Part shown: positions 44,775-54,600 of the stretch, in pieces
How positions within the stretch are numbered: the first letter of the stretch is position 1
How the letters are laid out: every line of letters starts with the position of its first letter
Assembly (NCBI GenBank): GCA_963663275.1
Contig: OY760183.1
Coordinates: forward strand, 2,688,001-2,752,000
Source of the DNA: Chloroflexota bacterium
GTDB taxonomy: Bacteria; Chloroflexota; UBA11872; VXOZ01
Length of the DNA stretch: 64,000 bases
Direction of reading: 5' to 3'
The notes under the pieces: model-generated
Database searches by the model: none
The model's input: only the letters and a program-made list of their open reading frames with translations
What the model was told of the DNA's origin: nothing
Program-made: the position numbers and the translations under genes

Positions 44775-46688
44775 ATGGGCAAACGGAACGCGGTGCGGTT
44801 AACGGAACCGCTGGTGCGAAAAGACGGAGCGCTCCGTCCCGCCACCTGGGATGAGGCGCTCGCGCGTGTGGCCGCGGGCGTGGGCGGCGCGGTAGAGCAG
44901 CGCGGGCCGCGCACGTTCGGCCTCTTCAGTTGCTCGAAAGCCACCAACGAGGTCAACTATCTCGCGCAGAAGTTCACGCGCTCCGTGATCGGCAGCAACA
45001 ACATCGATAGCTGCAACCGCACCTGACACGCTCCCAGCGTCGCCGGTCTGGCGACCGTGTTCGGGCTGGGCGGCGGCACGAGTTCGTACCGCGAAATCGA
45101 AGAGACCAACGTTATCCTGCTCTGGGGATCCAACGCCCGGGATACGCACCCGATCTTCTTCCACCACCTGCTCAAAGGCGTGCACAACGGCGCGCGGCTC
45201 TACGTGATCGACCCCCGCCGCACGAGTTCCGCCCAGTGGGCGGACGTGTGGCTGGGCGTGGACGTGGGCGCCGACATCGCCCTGGCAAACGCTATGGCCC
45301 GCGAAATCATCGCCGCCGGCCTTGCCCACGATGAGTTCATCACCCACGCCACCAGCGGCTTCGACGAGTTCCGGGAGTCCGTGGAGCACTACACGCTCGC
45401 CTATGCCGAGGAAATCACGGGCGTCCCGGCGGAGACGATCCGCGAGACTGCCCACGCCTACGCCACGGCGGAGCGCGCCCAGATTTGCTGGACGCTGGGC
45501 ATCACCGAACACCACAACGCGGTTGACAACGTTCTGGCCATCATCAATCTTGCCTTGCTCACCGGGCACGTGGGTCGCTACGGCTCGGGCCTCAACCCGC
45601 TGCGTGGACAGAACAACGTGCAGGGCAGCGGCGACATGGGATCGCTGCCGGACCGGCTGCCCGGCTTTCAACACGTGGAGAACGACCCCCTGCGGGAGAA
45701 GTTCGAGCGCGTGTGGGGCACGCCCCTGCCGGCCAGGAAGGGCTGGAACCTGAGTGAGATGTTCGACGCCATGGAACGGGGCGAGCTGACCGCGCTCTAC
45801 GTGCTGGGCGAGAATCCGGCCCAGTCGGAGGCGGACCAGCACCGCGCAGTGAGACTGCTGCAAGGCCTCGACGTGCTGGTGGTGCAAGACGTGCTCATGA
45901 ACGCCACCGCCGAACTCGCCGACGTGGTGCTGCCTGCCGCCGCAAGCTGGTGCGAGTCCGAGGGCACCGCCACCAACAGCGAGCGGCGCGTGCAGCGCGT
46001 GCGCCAGGCCATGACTCCCCCGCCGGGCGTGAAAGACGACCTCACGATCCTGTGCGACGTGGCGCGCAGCCTGGGCGGCGACGTGGGCAGTCCGGTAGCG
46101 GAAGAGATTTGGAATGAACTGCGCGGCCTCAGCCCCTTCCACGCCGGCATGAGCTATGCCCGCCTGGAGCGCGAAGGGGGCCTGCAATGGCCCTGTTACG
46201 ACGAGACCCATCCGGGAGAGATATTCCTACACTGCCGCTTGTGGGAACGGCCGGTGCTGGGGCCGCGCGCGCCGTTCTCGCCGGTGGTATTCGATCCGCC
46301 GGTGGAGCGGCTCGACGACGAGTACCCTCTCCGCCTGACCACGGGCCGCCGCCTGGATTCATTCAACACCGGCGTGCAGACGGCCGGCTACACCTCGCCG
46401 CTGCGCCGGGGCGAGACAATCGACCTCTCGCCGGAAGACGGCCAGGTACTCGGCGTTGCCGAAGGCGAGACCGTGCGCGTCTGTTCCCGGCGCGGTTCCG
46501 TGCGGGCGCCGGTGCGCTTCGATTCATCCCTGCGCCCCGGCCTGGCCTTCATGACGCCGCACTTTCCCAACGAGGTGGCGACCAACGAGCTAACTATCGA
46601 CGCCACCGATCCAAAGTCCGGCACCGCCGAGTTCAAGGCGGCGGCAATTCGCGTAGAAAGAATCAAGACGGCCGTCGAACAAGCGTAG
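44775..46688 (+). CDS. Selenocysteine-containing formate dehydrogenase catalytic (Mo/W-bisPGD) subunit lacking the N-terminal Fe4S4 domain
   Basis: Track ORFs 44775-45026 and 45057-46688 are in frame. Read-through gives NNIDSCNRT-U-HAPSVAGL (Sec at codon 84) and the conserved PLRGQNNVQG. Confidence 0.92.
45024..45055 (+). promoter_or_regulatory. UGA-Sec codon with bacterial SECIS hairpin
   Basis: TGA at 45024-45026, then hairpin GTCGCC-GGTCT-GGCGAC at 45039-45055, matching the fdhF-type SECIS layout. Confidence 0.88.
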
Positions 46689-46724
46689 CCCGCGCCTTCA
46701 CCCGCGCCGCGGTAGAGAGCCGCC

Positions 46725-48602
46725 ATGGATCTACACCTCACCCAGGATACGCCCACGGCTGCGGAGACCGTGGCGGTCGATAGCGTCCTCGGCGCGGCGG
46801 AATCCGGCTGGACGGGCGGCGCGCGGCGAATCGCGCGGGAGGGCCGCGTGGCCGTGGGCGGCCGCGCCGCCAGAGCGCAGCGCCACCTCTTGCTGCCGGT
46901 GCTGCACGCCATTCAGGAGCGTATCGGCTGGATCAGCCCCGGCGCGCTCAACTACGCCTGCCAGCGCCTGACGATACCGCCCACGGAAGCCTACGGCGTG
47001 GCGACCTTCTACGCGCTCTTTTCCGTCCGGCCAAAGCCGCCGCTGGTGGCGCACGTGTGCGACGACGTCGCCTGCATGGCAAACGGCGCGGACGACCTCT
47101 GCGCGGAAATGGCGCGGCGGTTCGGCGCGGCAGGCGGCGCGGACGCAAACGGCGGTATCGCCTGGCAACGCAGCCCGTGCCTGGGCATGTGCGAACGCGC
47201 GCCCGCGGCCATGCTGACAGTGGCGGGCGAGCAACCTGCCACCACCGTGCTCGCGCCCACGGACGCGGCCGCCATCGAGCGTACACTGGCGGCGGAAAGT
47301 CAAAAGTCCGGGAATGGAGCGGTCCCTTCCTCTCCGCGCTCGGTACCGCAGGCGGGCGGCGCCGATCTCAGGCTCTTGCGCCGCGTCGGCCGTATCGACC
47401 CCGACGACCTGGCTAGCTACCGCCACGCCGGCGGCTACGAGGCGTTGGCGCGGGCGCTGGCGCTGGGGCCGGAGCAGGTGGTGCGGGAAGTCAGCGCCTC
47501 CAAGCTCCTGGGGCGCGGCGGCGCCGCCTTTCCCGCAGGTGTAAAGTGGCAGGCCGTCGCGTCCGCCGCGGCCCGGCCGCACTACATGGTCTGCAACGCC
47601 GATGAATCCGAACCGGGCACGTTCAAAGACCGGGTGGTGATGGAAGAAGACCCCTTCGCCGTGGTCGAAGCCATGACGATCGCGGGTATTGCCACCGGCT
47701 GCGAGCAGGGCTATCTCTACCTGCGCGGCGAGTATCCGCTGGCCTTGGCGCGCCTGTCGAACGCCATCGCCCAAGCGCGGGCGGCGGGACTGCTCGGCGC
47801 TTCCGTTCACGGCAGCGAACACGCATTCGACATCGAGATTCGCCGGGGCGCGGGCGCGTACATCTGCGGCGAGGAAACCGCGCTCTTCAACTCGATCGAG
47901 GGCTTTCGCGGCGAGCCCCGCAACAAGCCGCCCTTCCCCACGGAGGTCGGCCTCTTCGGCAAGCCGACTCTGGTCAACAACGTGGAGACGCTGCTCAACG
48001 TGCTCGACGTGGTGCTGGAGGGCGGCGAGGCCTTTGCCGCGCTGGGCACGGAACAGTCAACCGGGACAAAGCTCTTCTGCCTCTCCGGCCACGTGGCGCG
48101 CCCCGGCGTTTACGAGGTTCCGTTCGGCACGGCGCTGGACGCCCTTATCGAACTTGCCGGGGGCGTAGCCGGCAGCGGCAATCTGCAAGCGGTGCTGCTG
48201 GGCGGCGCGGCGGGGACATTCCTGACACCGCACGAACTGGACACGCCGCTGACCTTCGAGGCCACCCGCGCCATTGGCGCGACCCTCGGCTCCGGCGTCG
48301 TCATGCTCTTCGACGACACTGTCGACGTGCGGCGCGTCCTGCTGCGCATCGCCGGGTTCTTCCGCGATGAGTCGTGCGGCCAGTGCGTGCCCTGCCGCGT
48401 GGGCACGGTGCGGCAGGAGGAACTCCTGCACCGGCTGGCGGCGGAACAGACCATTGGCTCCGTGGACGACGAACTGCGCCTCCTCGGTGAAGTCGGGCAA
48501 GCCATGCGCGACGCTTCGATTTGCGGGTTGGGGCAGACCGCGTCGAGCGCGATCGAGTCCGCCGTGGCGCGCATAGAGCAATTCAACGGGAGCAAGCACT
48601 GA
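46725..48602 (+). CDS. NuoE-NuoF fusion (NAD(P)H-diaphorase subunit, FdsG/FdsB-like)
   Basis: 2Fe-2S CDDVAC...CLGMC; GRGGAAF, NADESEP, GAGAYICGEET; 4Fe-4S ESCGQCVPC...SICGLG. Confidence 0.93.
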   Translation: MDLHLTQDTPTAAETVAVDSVLGAAESGWTGGARRIAREGRVAVGGRAARAQRHLLLPVLHAIQERIGWISPGALNYACQRLTIPPTEAYGVATFYALFSVRPKPPLVAHVCDDVACMANGADDLCAEMARRFGAAGGADANGGIAWQRSPCLGMCERAPAAMLTVAGEQPATTVLAPTDAAAIERTLAAESQKSGNGAVPSSPRSVPQAGGADLRLLRRVGRIDPDDLASYRHAGGYEALARALALGPEQVVREVSASKLLGRGGAAFPAGVKWQAVASAAARPHYMVCNADESEPGTFKDRVVMEEDPFAVVEAMTIAGIATGCEQGYLYLRGEYPLALARLSNAIAQARAAGLLGASVHGSEHAFDIEIRRGAGAYICGEETALFNSIEGFRGEPRNKPPFPTEVGLFGKPTLVNNVETLLNVLDVVLEGGEAFAALGTEQSTGTKLFCLSGHVARPGVYEVPFGTALDALIELAGGVAGSGNLQAVLLGGAAGTFLTPHELDTPLTFEATRAIGATLGSGVVMLFDDTVDVRRVLLRIAGFFRDESCGQCVPCRVGTVRQEELLHRLAAEQTIGSVDDELRLLGEVGQAMRDASICGLGQTASSAIESAVARIEQFNGSKH

Positions 48603-49609
48603 TGCGCCCTGATTCCGATGAGGCGGCCCTGACGCCCACCTGGCAGTTTCTCAATCCGGTGCCGCGCGGCCCGCTGCCCACGGCGCCCGCGGAAGAGCCG
48701 CCGCCTGAGGTCGAGGTCACGATCGACGGCCAGGAAGCCTCCGTGCCCGCCGGCGCGACGCTCCTGGATGCGGCAAAGAGCCTCGGCATCGAAACGCCGA
48801 CGCTCTGCTACCTGGAGAATCTCACGCCGGTCAACGTCTGCCGCGTCTGCGTGGTGGAGCTTGAAGGCTCGCGCACGCTCGTGCCCGCCTGCTCGCGCAC
48901 AGTGGAGCCGGGAATGCGGGTGCAGACCGACTCGCCCCGGGTGCGCTTGAGCCGCCGCATGGTGCTCGAGTTCCTCGCCTCGTCGGTGGACGTATCGACC
49001 GCGCCGGAACTACTGCAGTACATGGAGCAATATGAGGCGCAACCGGAGCGCTACGGCCCGCCGGGGCCGCCCGCCGCCGCCAACGAACGCGACACCGCCG
49101 TGCCCGGCCATCACGCCGCGCCGGCCGTGGAAACGGCCCAGACGGTCGCGCAGCCGGTGAAGATCGATAACGAACTCTACATCCGCGACTACGCCAAGTG
49201 CATCCTCTGCTACAAATGCGTCGAAGCCTGCGGCGAGGACGCCCAGAATACGTTTGCCATCGCCGTTGCCGGCCGGGGCTTCGACGCGCAGATTTCCACG
49301 GAGTACGCGGTACCCCTGCCGGACTCGGCCTGCGTCTACTGCGGCAACTGCATCGGCGTCTGCCCCACCGGCGCGCTCATGTTCCGCAGCGAGTACGATA
49401 TGCGCGCTACCGGAACCTGGGACGAATCGGCGCAGACCGAGACCGACACGATCTGCTCCTACTGCGGCGTGGGCTGCACCCTGAGCCTGCACATCCAGGA
49501 CAACGAAATCGTGAAGGTTACTTCACCCTTGGATAGCAACGTCACCGAGGGGCATCTCTGCATCAAGGGGCGATTCGGCTGGCAGTTCATGCAGAAACCC
49601 AAGAAGTAG
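48602..49609 (+). CDS. Iron-sulfur subunit: NuoG/FdsA N-terminal 2Fe-2S, 2x4Fe-4S and molybdopterin Fe4S4 domain
   Basis: PTLCY...CRVC...PAC; CILCYKCVEAC; CVYCGNCIGVCP; C-terminal TICSYCGVGC...LCIKGRFG. ATG overlaps the upstream TGA. Confidence 0.92.
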   Translation: MRPDSDEAALTPTWQFLNPVPRGPLPTAPAEEPPPEVEVTIDGQEASVPAGATLLDAAKSLGIETPTLCYLENLTPVNVCRVCVVELEGSRTLVPACSRTVEPGMRVQTDSPRVRLSRRMVLEFLASSVDVSTAPELLQYMEQYEAQPERYGPPGPPAAANERDTAVPGHHAAPAVETAQTVAQPVKIDNELYIRDYAKCILCYKCVEACGEDAQNTFAIAVAGRGFDAQISTEYAVPLPDSACVYCGNCIGVCPTGALMFRSEYDMRATGTWDESAQTETDTICSYCGVGCTLSLHIQDNEIVKVTSPLDSNVTEGHLCIKGRFGWQFMQKPKK

Positions 49610-49622
49610 ACGAGGGAAAACT

Positions 49623-49655
49623 CCCTCTCCCCCTGGGAGAGGGCCGGGGTGAGGG
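49623..49655. repeat. Family F REP-like hairpin (CCCTCTCCCnnnGGGAGAGGGCCGGGGTGAGGG) between convergent genes
   Basis: Related degenerate copies near 39790-39857, 40130-40165 and 23106-23138. Confidence 0.75.
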
Positions 49656-49698
49656 TAATTCCCAGCAGTTCGGCCCGCAGCCACCGGCTATCGCGCCG

Positions 49699-50547
49699 TT
49701 ACCCAAGGCTCTTCCCTGAGACGATGCGCTCGGCTCCGGTGTAGACGTTCATAGTAGCGGCGCGGAGGAAGCCGATCAGCGTCATGCCCCCCGCCGCCGC
49801 CAACTCCACCGCCAGGCTGGACGGCGCGCCTACCGCCGCCACCACGGGCACGCCCGCCATCAGGCACTTCTGCACGATCTCGAAGCCCGCGCGCCCGCTG
49901 ACGAGCACAACGTAGTCGTCCAGCGGCAGCATCCGGCGGAAGAGCGCCGCCCCAATCATCTTATCCACCGCGTTGTGGCGGCCCACGTCTTCCCGCAGCA
50001 GCGCGAGTTCGCCAGCGGCGTCGAAGAGCCCGGCGGCGTGCAAGGCCCCGGTGCGGTCGAAGGTATCCTGCGCCGCGCGCAGGGTATCCGGCAAGCGATG
50101 AATCGTCTCCGCGCCGACCCGCAGTGCGCTCCGCACCGGCGGCGCCGCCTGCCGCACGGCGTCGATGCTGGCCTTGCCGCAGATGCCGCAACTGGAAGAG
50201 GCCGGAAAGTTGCGCTGCCAGCCGCTCTCCGGCAAGCCGTTCGCGCCCTTGACGTAGGCGAGCACGATGTTGTCCCGCTCTTCCGCGGACTTGCCCGGGC
50301 AATGGCCGACCGAGACCAGGTCCGACGGCGCCGCTATCAGCCGCTCCGTCCACAGGAAACCGGCCGCCAGTTCCTCATCGTGGCCGGGCGTGCGCATGGT
50401 GACCGCGACGCTCTGCCCGTTTACCCGCATCTCCAGCGGTTCCTCACGCGCCAGCACGTCAGGGCATTGCGCCGCGCCCTCGGCAGAGATTTTCGTTACC
50501 TGCCACCCAGCCGTCGGCGCTTGCCGCTCGATGTTCGTCTGTGCCAC
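49699..50547 (-). CDS. fdhD: Formate dehydrogenase accessory sulfurtransferase (start approximate)
   Basis: EEPLE, TMRTPGHDEELAAGFL, SSSCGICG, TGALHAA, EDVGRHNAVDK and APSSLAV motifs. Confidence 0.95.
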   Translation of the reverse strand: MAQTNIERQAPTAGWQVTKISAEGAAQCPDVLAREEPLEMRVNGQSVAVTMRTPGHDEELAAGFLWTERLIAAPSDLVSVGHCPGKSAEERDNIVLAYVKGANGLPESGWQRNFPASSSCGICGKASIDAVRQAAPPVRSALRVGAETIHRLPDTLRAAQDTFDRTGALHAAGLFDAAGELALLREDVGRHNAVDKMIGAALFRRMLPLDDYVVLVSGRAGFEIVQKCLMAGVPVVAAVGAPSSLAVELAAAGGMTLIGFLRAATMNVYTGAERIVSGKSLG

Positions 50548-50720
50548 CGGCCATCCGCTCCCCGCGCGCGACATATACCTCTCGCATAGAGTCCGGCGCG
50601 CGCTTGCCAATACACTACCGCATACTCCGCAGGCGTGCTACCCCGATGTGGTATGCTGCCACCGGCGCGGCAAGGCGACTATCGGCTCAATGCGTACGGC
50701 TCGTGGCAAAGGACGAAAAC

Positions 50721-52856
50721 ATGGCGCTTTCCACTGTTGGCGGACGGGTATATGATGCGGATGGCGGAGCGGGAATCGGCGGCGTGCTCGTCTCCAACGG
50801 CGACGCCGTTGTCCAGACCGCTGCCGACGGCCGCTACACGCTGGACGTCGATCCCCAGCAAGACCGCTGCGTTTTCATCACCGTGCCCGCGGGCTATCGT
50901 CCGCAAGAGCGCTTCTACGCGCTCCTCAGCGAGCACTCGACGCCAGCGGCGCTTGACTTTCCCCTACGCGCCGAGCCGGAGCGGGCGCGCGATGCTTTCC
51001 GCCTCGTCCACCTCTCCGATACCCACGTGGTGCTCGAAGACAGCGGCCCGGTCTCCCCGGCGATGCTGGCGCAGGATCTCCAAGAGCTTGTAAGCGAAGA
51101 GTTGCCCGACCTGGCCGTGGTCACCGGCGATCTGACCAACATGGGCACCATCGAGGAGCTTGAAGGCTACCGCGCGGCGATCGAATCCGTTTCCGTGCCG
51201 GTCATCTCCGTCTTTGGCGGACACGACGGCAACATCGAACGCCGCTCCAACGAGGGCGACGTGCCCTGCACCCGCAACTTCGAGGCCACCCTCGGCCCCA
51301 CCTACTACAGCTTCGATTGGGGCGGGTATCACTTTGTGGTATACGCCACGGAGGACGCCTACTTCACCGCCGCCGAGCGCGCCCGCAAGGAACGCTGGCT
51401 CTGGGCCGACCTCGCCCTGCAACCCAGCGACCGCCGGTCGGTAATCCTGCACCACACGGCGCCGGACGCGGCCCTGCTGGCGCGATTCAGCCAACACAAC
51501 GGCGCGCTCGTCTTGCACGGCCACTGGCACTCCAGCCGGGTCTTCACGGACGGTGAGACCCTGGTGGCCTCCGCGCCCTCGTTTTGCTTTGGCGGCATCG
51601 ACACCCGACCGCGCGGATGCCGGGTCGTCTCCTTCTCTCCGCAGGGGATTGAGACGGATTTGCGCCCAAGCGCGCGCGCAGCCCAAGGCAGCGCCGCGGC
51701 CGCGCGGCCCGCCGGCGAAGCGCAAACGAGCATTGCGCTGGGAGAGGAGGAGTACGTTTTGGCTTGGAAGCGCGATCTTGGCAGACCGCTACATCGCGCC
51801 GCGCCGGTTGCCCACCAAGACCGCGTGCTGGTCGCCTTGCAGAGTGAGAGCAATCCCGGCGGCAGCGGCGTGGCGTGTATCGATAGCGTCAGCGGCGCGG
51901 AGCGGTGGCGCTACGAAACGCCCGCCGCGTTGAAGAATAGCTGCGCGGTTGTAGAGACGCCAAACGGCGATGCGTGGTGCGCGGCCCTGACCGTCACGGG
52001 AGAGCTTCATCTCATCGCCGCGGACACCGGCGAACGCGCGTGGCGGGTCACGCTGCCGGCGCATCCCCACCGCTGGGTGTATTCGTCTCCCGCCCAGAGT
52101 GGTGAAGCGGTCATCGCCGGCTCCAAGGCCGGCTACGGCGCGTACGAACTGGCAACCGGAAACCAACGCTGGTATTTCCAGCCGTCGGACGGGGATGAAT
52201 GGCCGTCGTACATCTGTCCGCAGGTATTCGCCGACGAGCTTTGCATCGTGCCCGTGCAGCGCCGGGGTTTTCTGGCGTTGCGCATGGCGGACGGCGAGGC
52301 CGCGTGGGAACGGAACCTGCCGGTGGAGTACTTCTGCGGCTCCCCAACGCTGGCGGGCAACCTGCTGGTGGTGAGTTCCGCCTCTCCGCACACGGGCGCG
52401 AGCCTGACGGGAGGACGGGAGGGAGACCTCGCCGTGCTCGAAGCGGCAACCGGGAAGGTCGTCTCCCTATTTGAACGGTCGTTGGCGGGCTACGCCACGG
52501 GCGTCGCAGTGGCGGACGACCGCGTCTACGCGGCGACGGCGGCGGGAACCGTCCACTGCCTTCACCTAAATTCGGGCGCTCCGCTCTGGGAGTTTCAATC
52601 CGGTGAAGACCTGCTGGACATGACACCGTACCGGCGCGGCATCCGCTCGCTGCTGGCCGCGCCCGCGCCGATGGGTGAACACGTCCTCGTGGGCGGCTGC
52701 GACGGCTGGCTCTCGGTGTTGGACGCCGCGACCGGCGCGTGCGCCGACCGCGTCTTCCTGGGCGCGCCGCTCACGGCCACGCCCTGCGCCACCCCGGACG
52801 GGTTCGTCATCGGCGCGTACAACGGAACGCTATACTCCTATCGCGCCAATCGCTAA
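50721..52856 (+). CDS. Calcineurin-like metallophosphoesterase fused to a PQQ-type beta-propeller
   Basis: VSNG N-domain; HLSDTH, TGDL, GGHD and HGHWH motifs; C-terminal W-ending propeller repeats (GAERWR, GERAWR, GAPLWE). Confidence 0.88.
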   Translation: MALSTVGGRVYDADGGAGIGGVLVSNGDAVVQTAADGRYTLDVDPQQDRCVFITVPAGYRPQERFYALLSEHSTPAALDFPLRAEPERARDAFRLVHLSDTHVVLEDSGPVSPAMLAQDLQELVSEELPDLAVVTGDLTNMGTIEELEGYRAAIESVSVPVISVFGGHDGNIERRSNEGDVPCTRNFEATLGPTYYSFDWGGYHFVVYATEDAYFTAAERARKERWLWADLALQPSDRRSVILHHTAPDAALLARFSQHNGALVLHGHWHSSRVFTDGETLVASAPSFCFGGIDTRPRGCRVVSFSPQGIETDLRPSARAAQGSAAAARPAGEAQTSIALGEEEYVLAWKRDLGRPLHRAAPVAHQDRVLVALQSESNPGGSGVACIDSVSGAERWRYETPAALKNSCAVVETPNGDAWCAALTVTGELHLIAADTGERAWRVTLPAHPHRWVYSSPAQSGEAVIAGSKAGYGAYELATGNQRWYFQPSDGDEWPSYICPQVFADELCIVPVQRRGFLALRMADGEAAWERNLPVEYFCGSPTLAGNLLVVSSASPHTGASLTGGREGDLAVLEAATGKVVSLFERSLAGYATGVAVADDRVYAATAAGTVHCLHLNSGAPLWEFQSGEDLLDMTPYRRGIRSLLAAPAPMGEHVLVGGCDGWLSVLDAATGACADRVFLGAPLTATPCATPDGFVIGAYNGTLYSYRANR

Positions 52857-52927
52857 GCCTCACTCGTAGGCCGAGAGAGGCAAGAATCCGTCAAGGGAGC
52901 CGGTGCACGTTTCAACGAATGAGCCGG

Positions 52928-52966
52928 CATCCGTTCGTCCTGAGCCTGTCGAAGGATGAACGGATG
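52928..52966. repeat. Family D REP-like hairpin between convergent genes
   Basis: CATCCGTTCGTCCT-GAGCCTGTCGA-AGGATGAACGGATG. Confidence 0.8.
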
Positions 52967-52985
52967 GCGGCCTATGCGCGCGCTC

Positions 52986-53711
52986 TCAGAGTTGGCTCGG
53001 CAGCAGCCGCATATCAGGCACGTAAGCGCGTTCCGGCAGCGAAGCCACCAGCAGCGCGGCCTGGGCCACGTCCTCCGGTTCCAGCGCCTTTGCCAACACT
53101 TCCGGCGGAGTGGGCGTGGGGCGTTTCTCCACCAGCGGCGTATTGCAAAGTCCGGGGAAGATCACCGTCACCCGCACGCCGTTCTCCTTCTCCTCCTCCA
53201 TGGTGCCGTAGGCCAGCCCGGCCACGCCGTGCTTGCTGGCCTGGTAGGCCACACCGGACACGTCCGGACGCTGCACCGCGCCGGACGAATAGTGAATGAT
53301 GAGGCCCCGTCCCTGGGCGCGCAATTGGGGCAGCACGGCGCGGGTCAGGTTGAAGGCGGCCGAGAGATTCACCGCCAGCATCATCTCCCAGTCAACCGGG
53401 TCGAGCACCGTGAGCGCGCGCTGCTTGAGATTGGTGCCCACGCTGTTCACCAGCACGTCAATCGTGCCGTGCCGCTCCACCGCCGCCTCCACCAGCGCCT
53501 GCGCGGACGCGCCGTCGGTGGCGTCCGTGGGCACGGCCAGCGCCGCGCCGCCCGCCGCGTTGATTTCGCGGGCCAGCGCCTGCAACGCGCCGGCGCTGCG
53601 CGCTCCCAGCACAACCGCCGCCCCCTGCGCCGCGAAGAGCCGCGCCGTGGCCGCCCCCATGCCGCTGCTGGCGCCGGCCACCAGCGCCACCTTGCCGTCG
53701 AGCAATCCCAT
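52986..53711 (-). CDS. Short-chain dehydrogenase/reductase
   Basis: AGASSGMG, YQASKHG and PEDVA motifs. Confidence 0.92.
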   Translation of the reverse strand: MGLLDGKVALVAGASSGMGAATARLFAAQGAAVVLGARSAGALQALAREINAAGGAALAVPTDATDGASAQALVEAAVERHGTIDVLVNSVGTNLKQRALTVLDPVDWEMMLAVNLSAAFNLTRAVLPQLRAQGRGLIIHYSSGAVQRPDVSGVAYQASKHGVAGLAYGTMEEEKENGVRVTVIFPGLCNTPLVEKRPTPTPPEVLAKALEPEDVAQAALLVASLPERAYVPDMRLLPSQL

Positions 53712-53989
53712 TCTCGTTCTCCCTTTTCACGCAGATCATTAGTTCGGTTGAGACTCTGGCGCCAGTGCGACGCGGGCTAGCCCGGCCCTCTAAGCACGGA
53801 GTCGCATAGACGCGCCGCGAGGGGCACACGGTATCGCCCGCCCCACGCTCTACCGTTGACTATACCGCATTTGCGCCGCCGACCATGCGCACGGCTGCGC
53901 AAGACTCAGCCGGAGTGTGGTACTTTGAACAGTGAAGCGCCGCTGAGCACTGGCGCACGTCTCGTCGAAGACACGCGAGGGAGGCCGGG

Positions 53990-54535
53990 ATGGAACGCGG
54001 GCCGTTGCGAACGCTGCTGATGATCCTGGCGATTCTCGTTGCCGCCATTGCCGTCTCCTTCCTCTTGCAGTGGCGGGACTCGCTCCTCGATCGTTTGCCC
54101 GGCCTGCCGGAGGCCGCGCCGAGCCAGGGCGCCGAAGCGCCGGACATTACCCTGCAAAACATGGACGGCGAGACCGTCTCCCTCAGCGACTATCGCGGCC
54201 AGCCGGTGGTGCTGAACTTCTGGGCCACCTGGTGCGCGCCGTGCCGCGAGGAAATGCCGCACTTGCAGGAAGCCTACGAGACGCACCGGGACGCGGGCCT
54301 GGTGGTGGTGGGCGTCAACGTGCGCGAGACGCGGGAGGAGGCCCAGCGCTTCCTGCGGGAACTTGGCGTTGACTTTCCCGTCTTACTCGACCCCGATCTG
54401 GCCGCCTCCGAACGTTACAGCGTGACCAGCCTGCCGCTGACGTTCTTCATCGACCGCGACGGCAAGATCAGGACCCTGGTCGTGGGCGGGATGACCAAGA
54501 CGGTGCTGGAAGAGCGCTTAACGACAATTCTCTGA
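53990..54535 (+). CDS. TlpA/ResA family thiol-disulfide oxidoreductase
   Basis: N-terminal TM anchor; NFWATWCAPCREEMP and LPLTFFIDRDG motifs. Confidence 0.94.
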   Translation: MERGPLRTLLMILAILVAAIAVSFLLQWRDSLLDRLPGLPEAAPSQGAEAPDITLQNMDGETVSLSDYRGQPVVLNFWATWCAPCREEMPHLQEAYETHRDAGLVVVGVNVRETREEAQRFLRELGVDFPVLLDPDLAASERYSVTSLPLTFFIDRDGKIRTLVVGGMTKTVLEERLTTIL

Positions 54536-54600
54536 TGGCGGCGCGTCTGCCCAAAACCCGGCTGAACCCCAATTAGCGGGCAAGAGATGGAGAACAGCAC

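Noticed and set aside
44775-46688. Pseudogene or two separate genes for the FDH catalytic subunit
   Set aside because: The TGA lies exactly at the metal-ligand position and is followed by a SECIS hairpin, so it is recoding.
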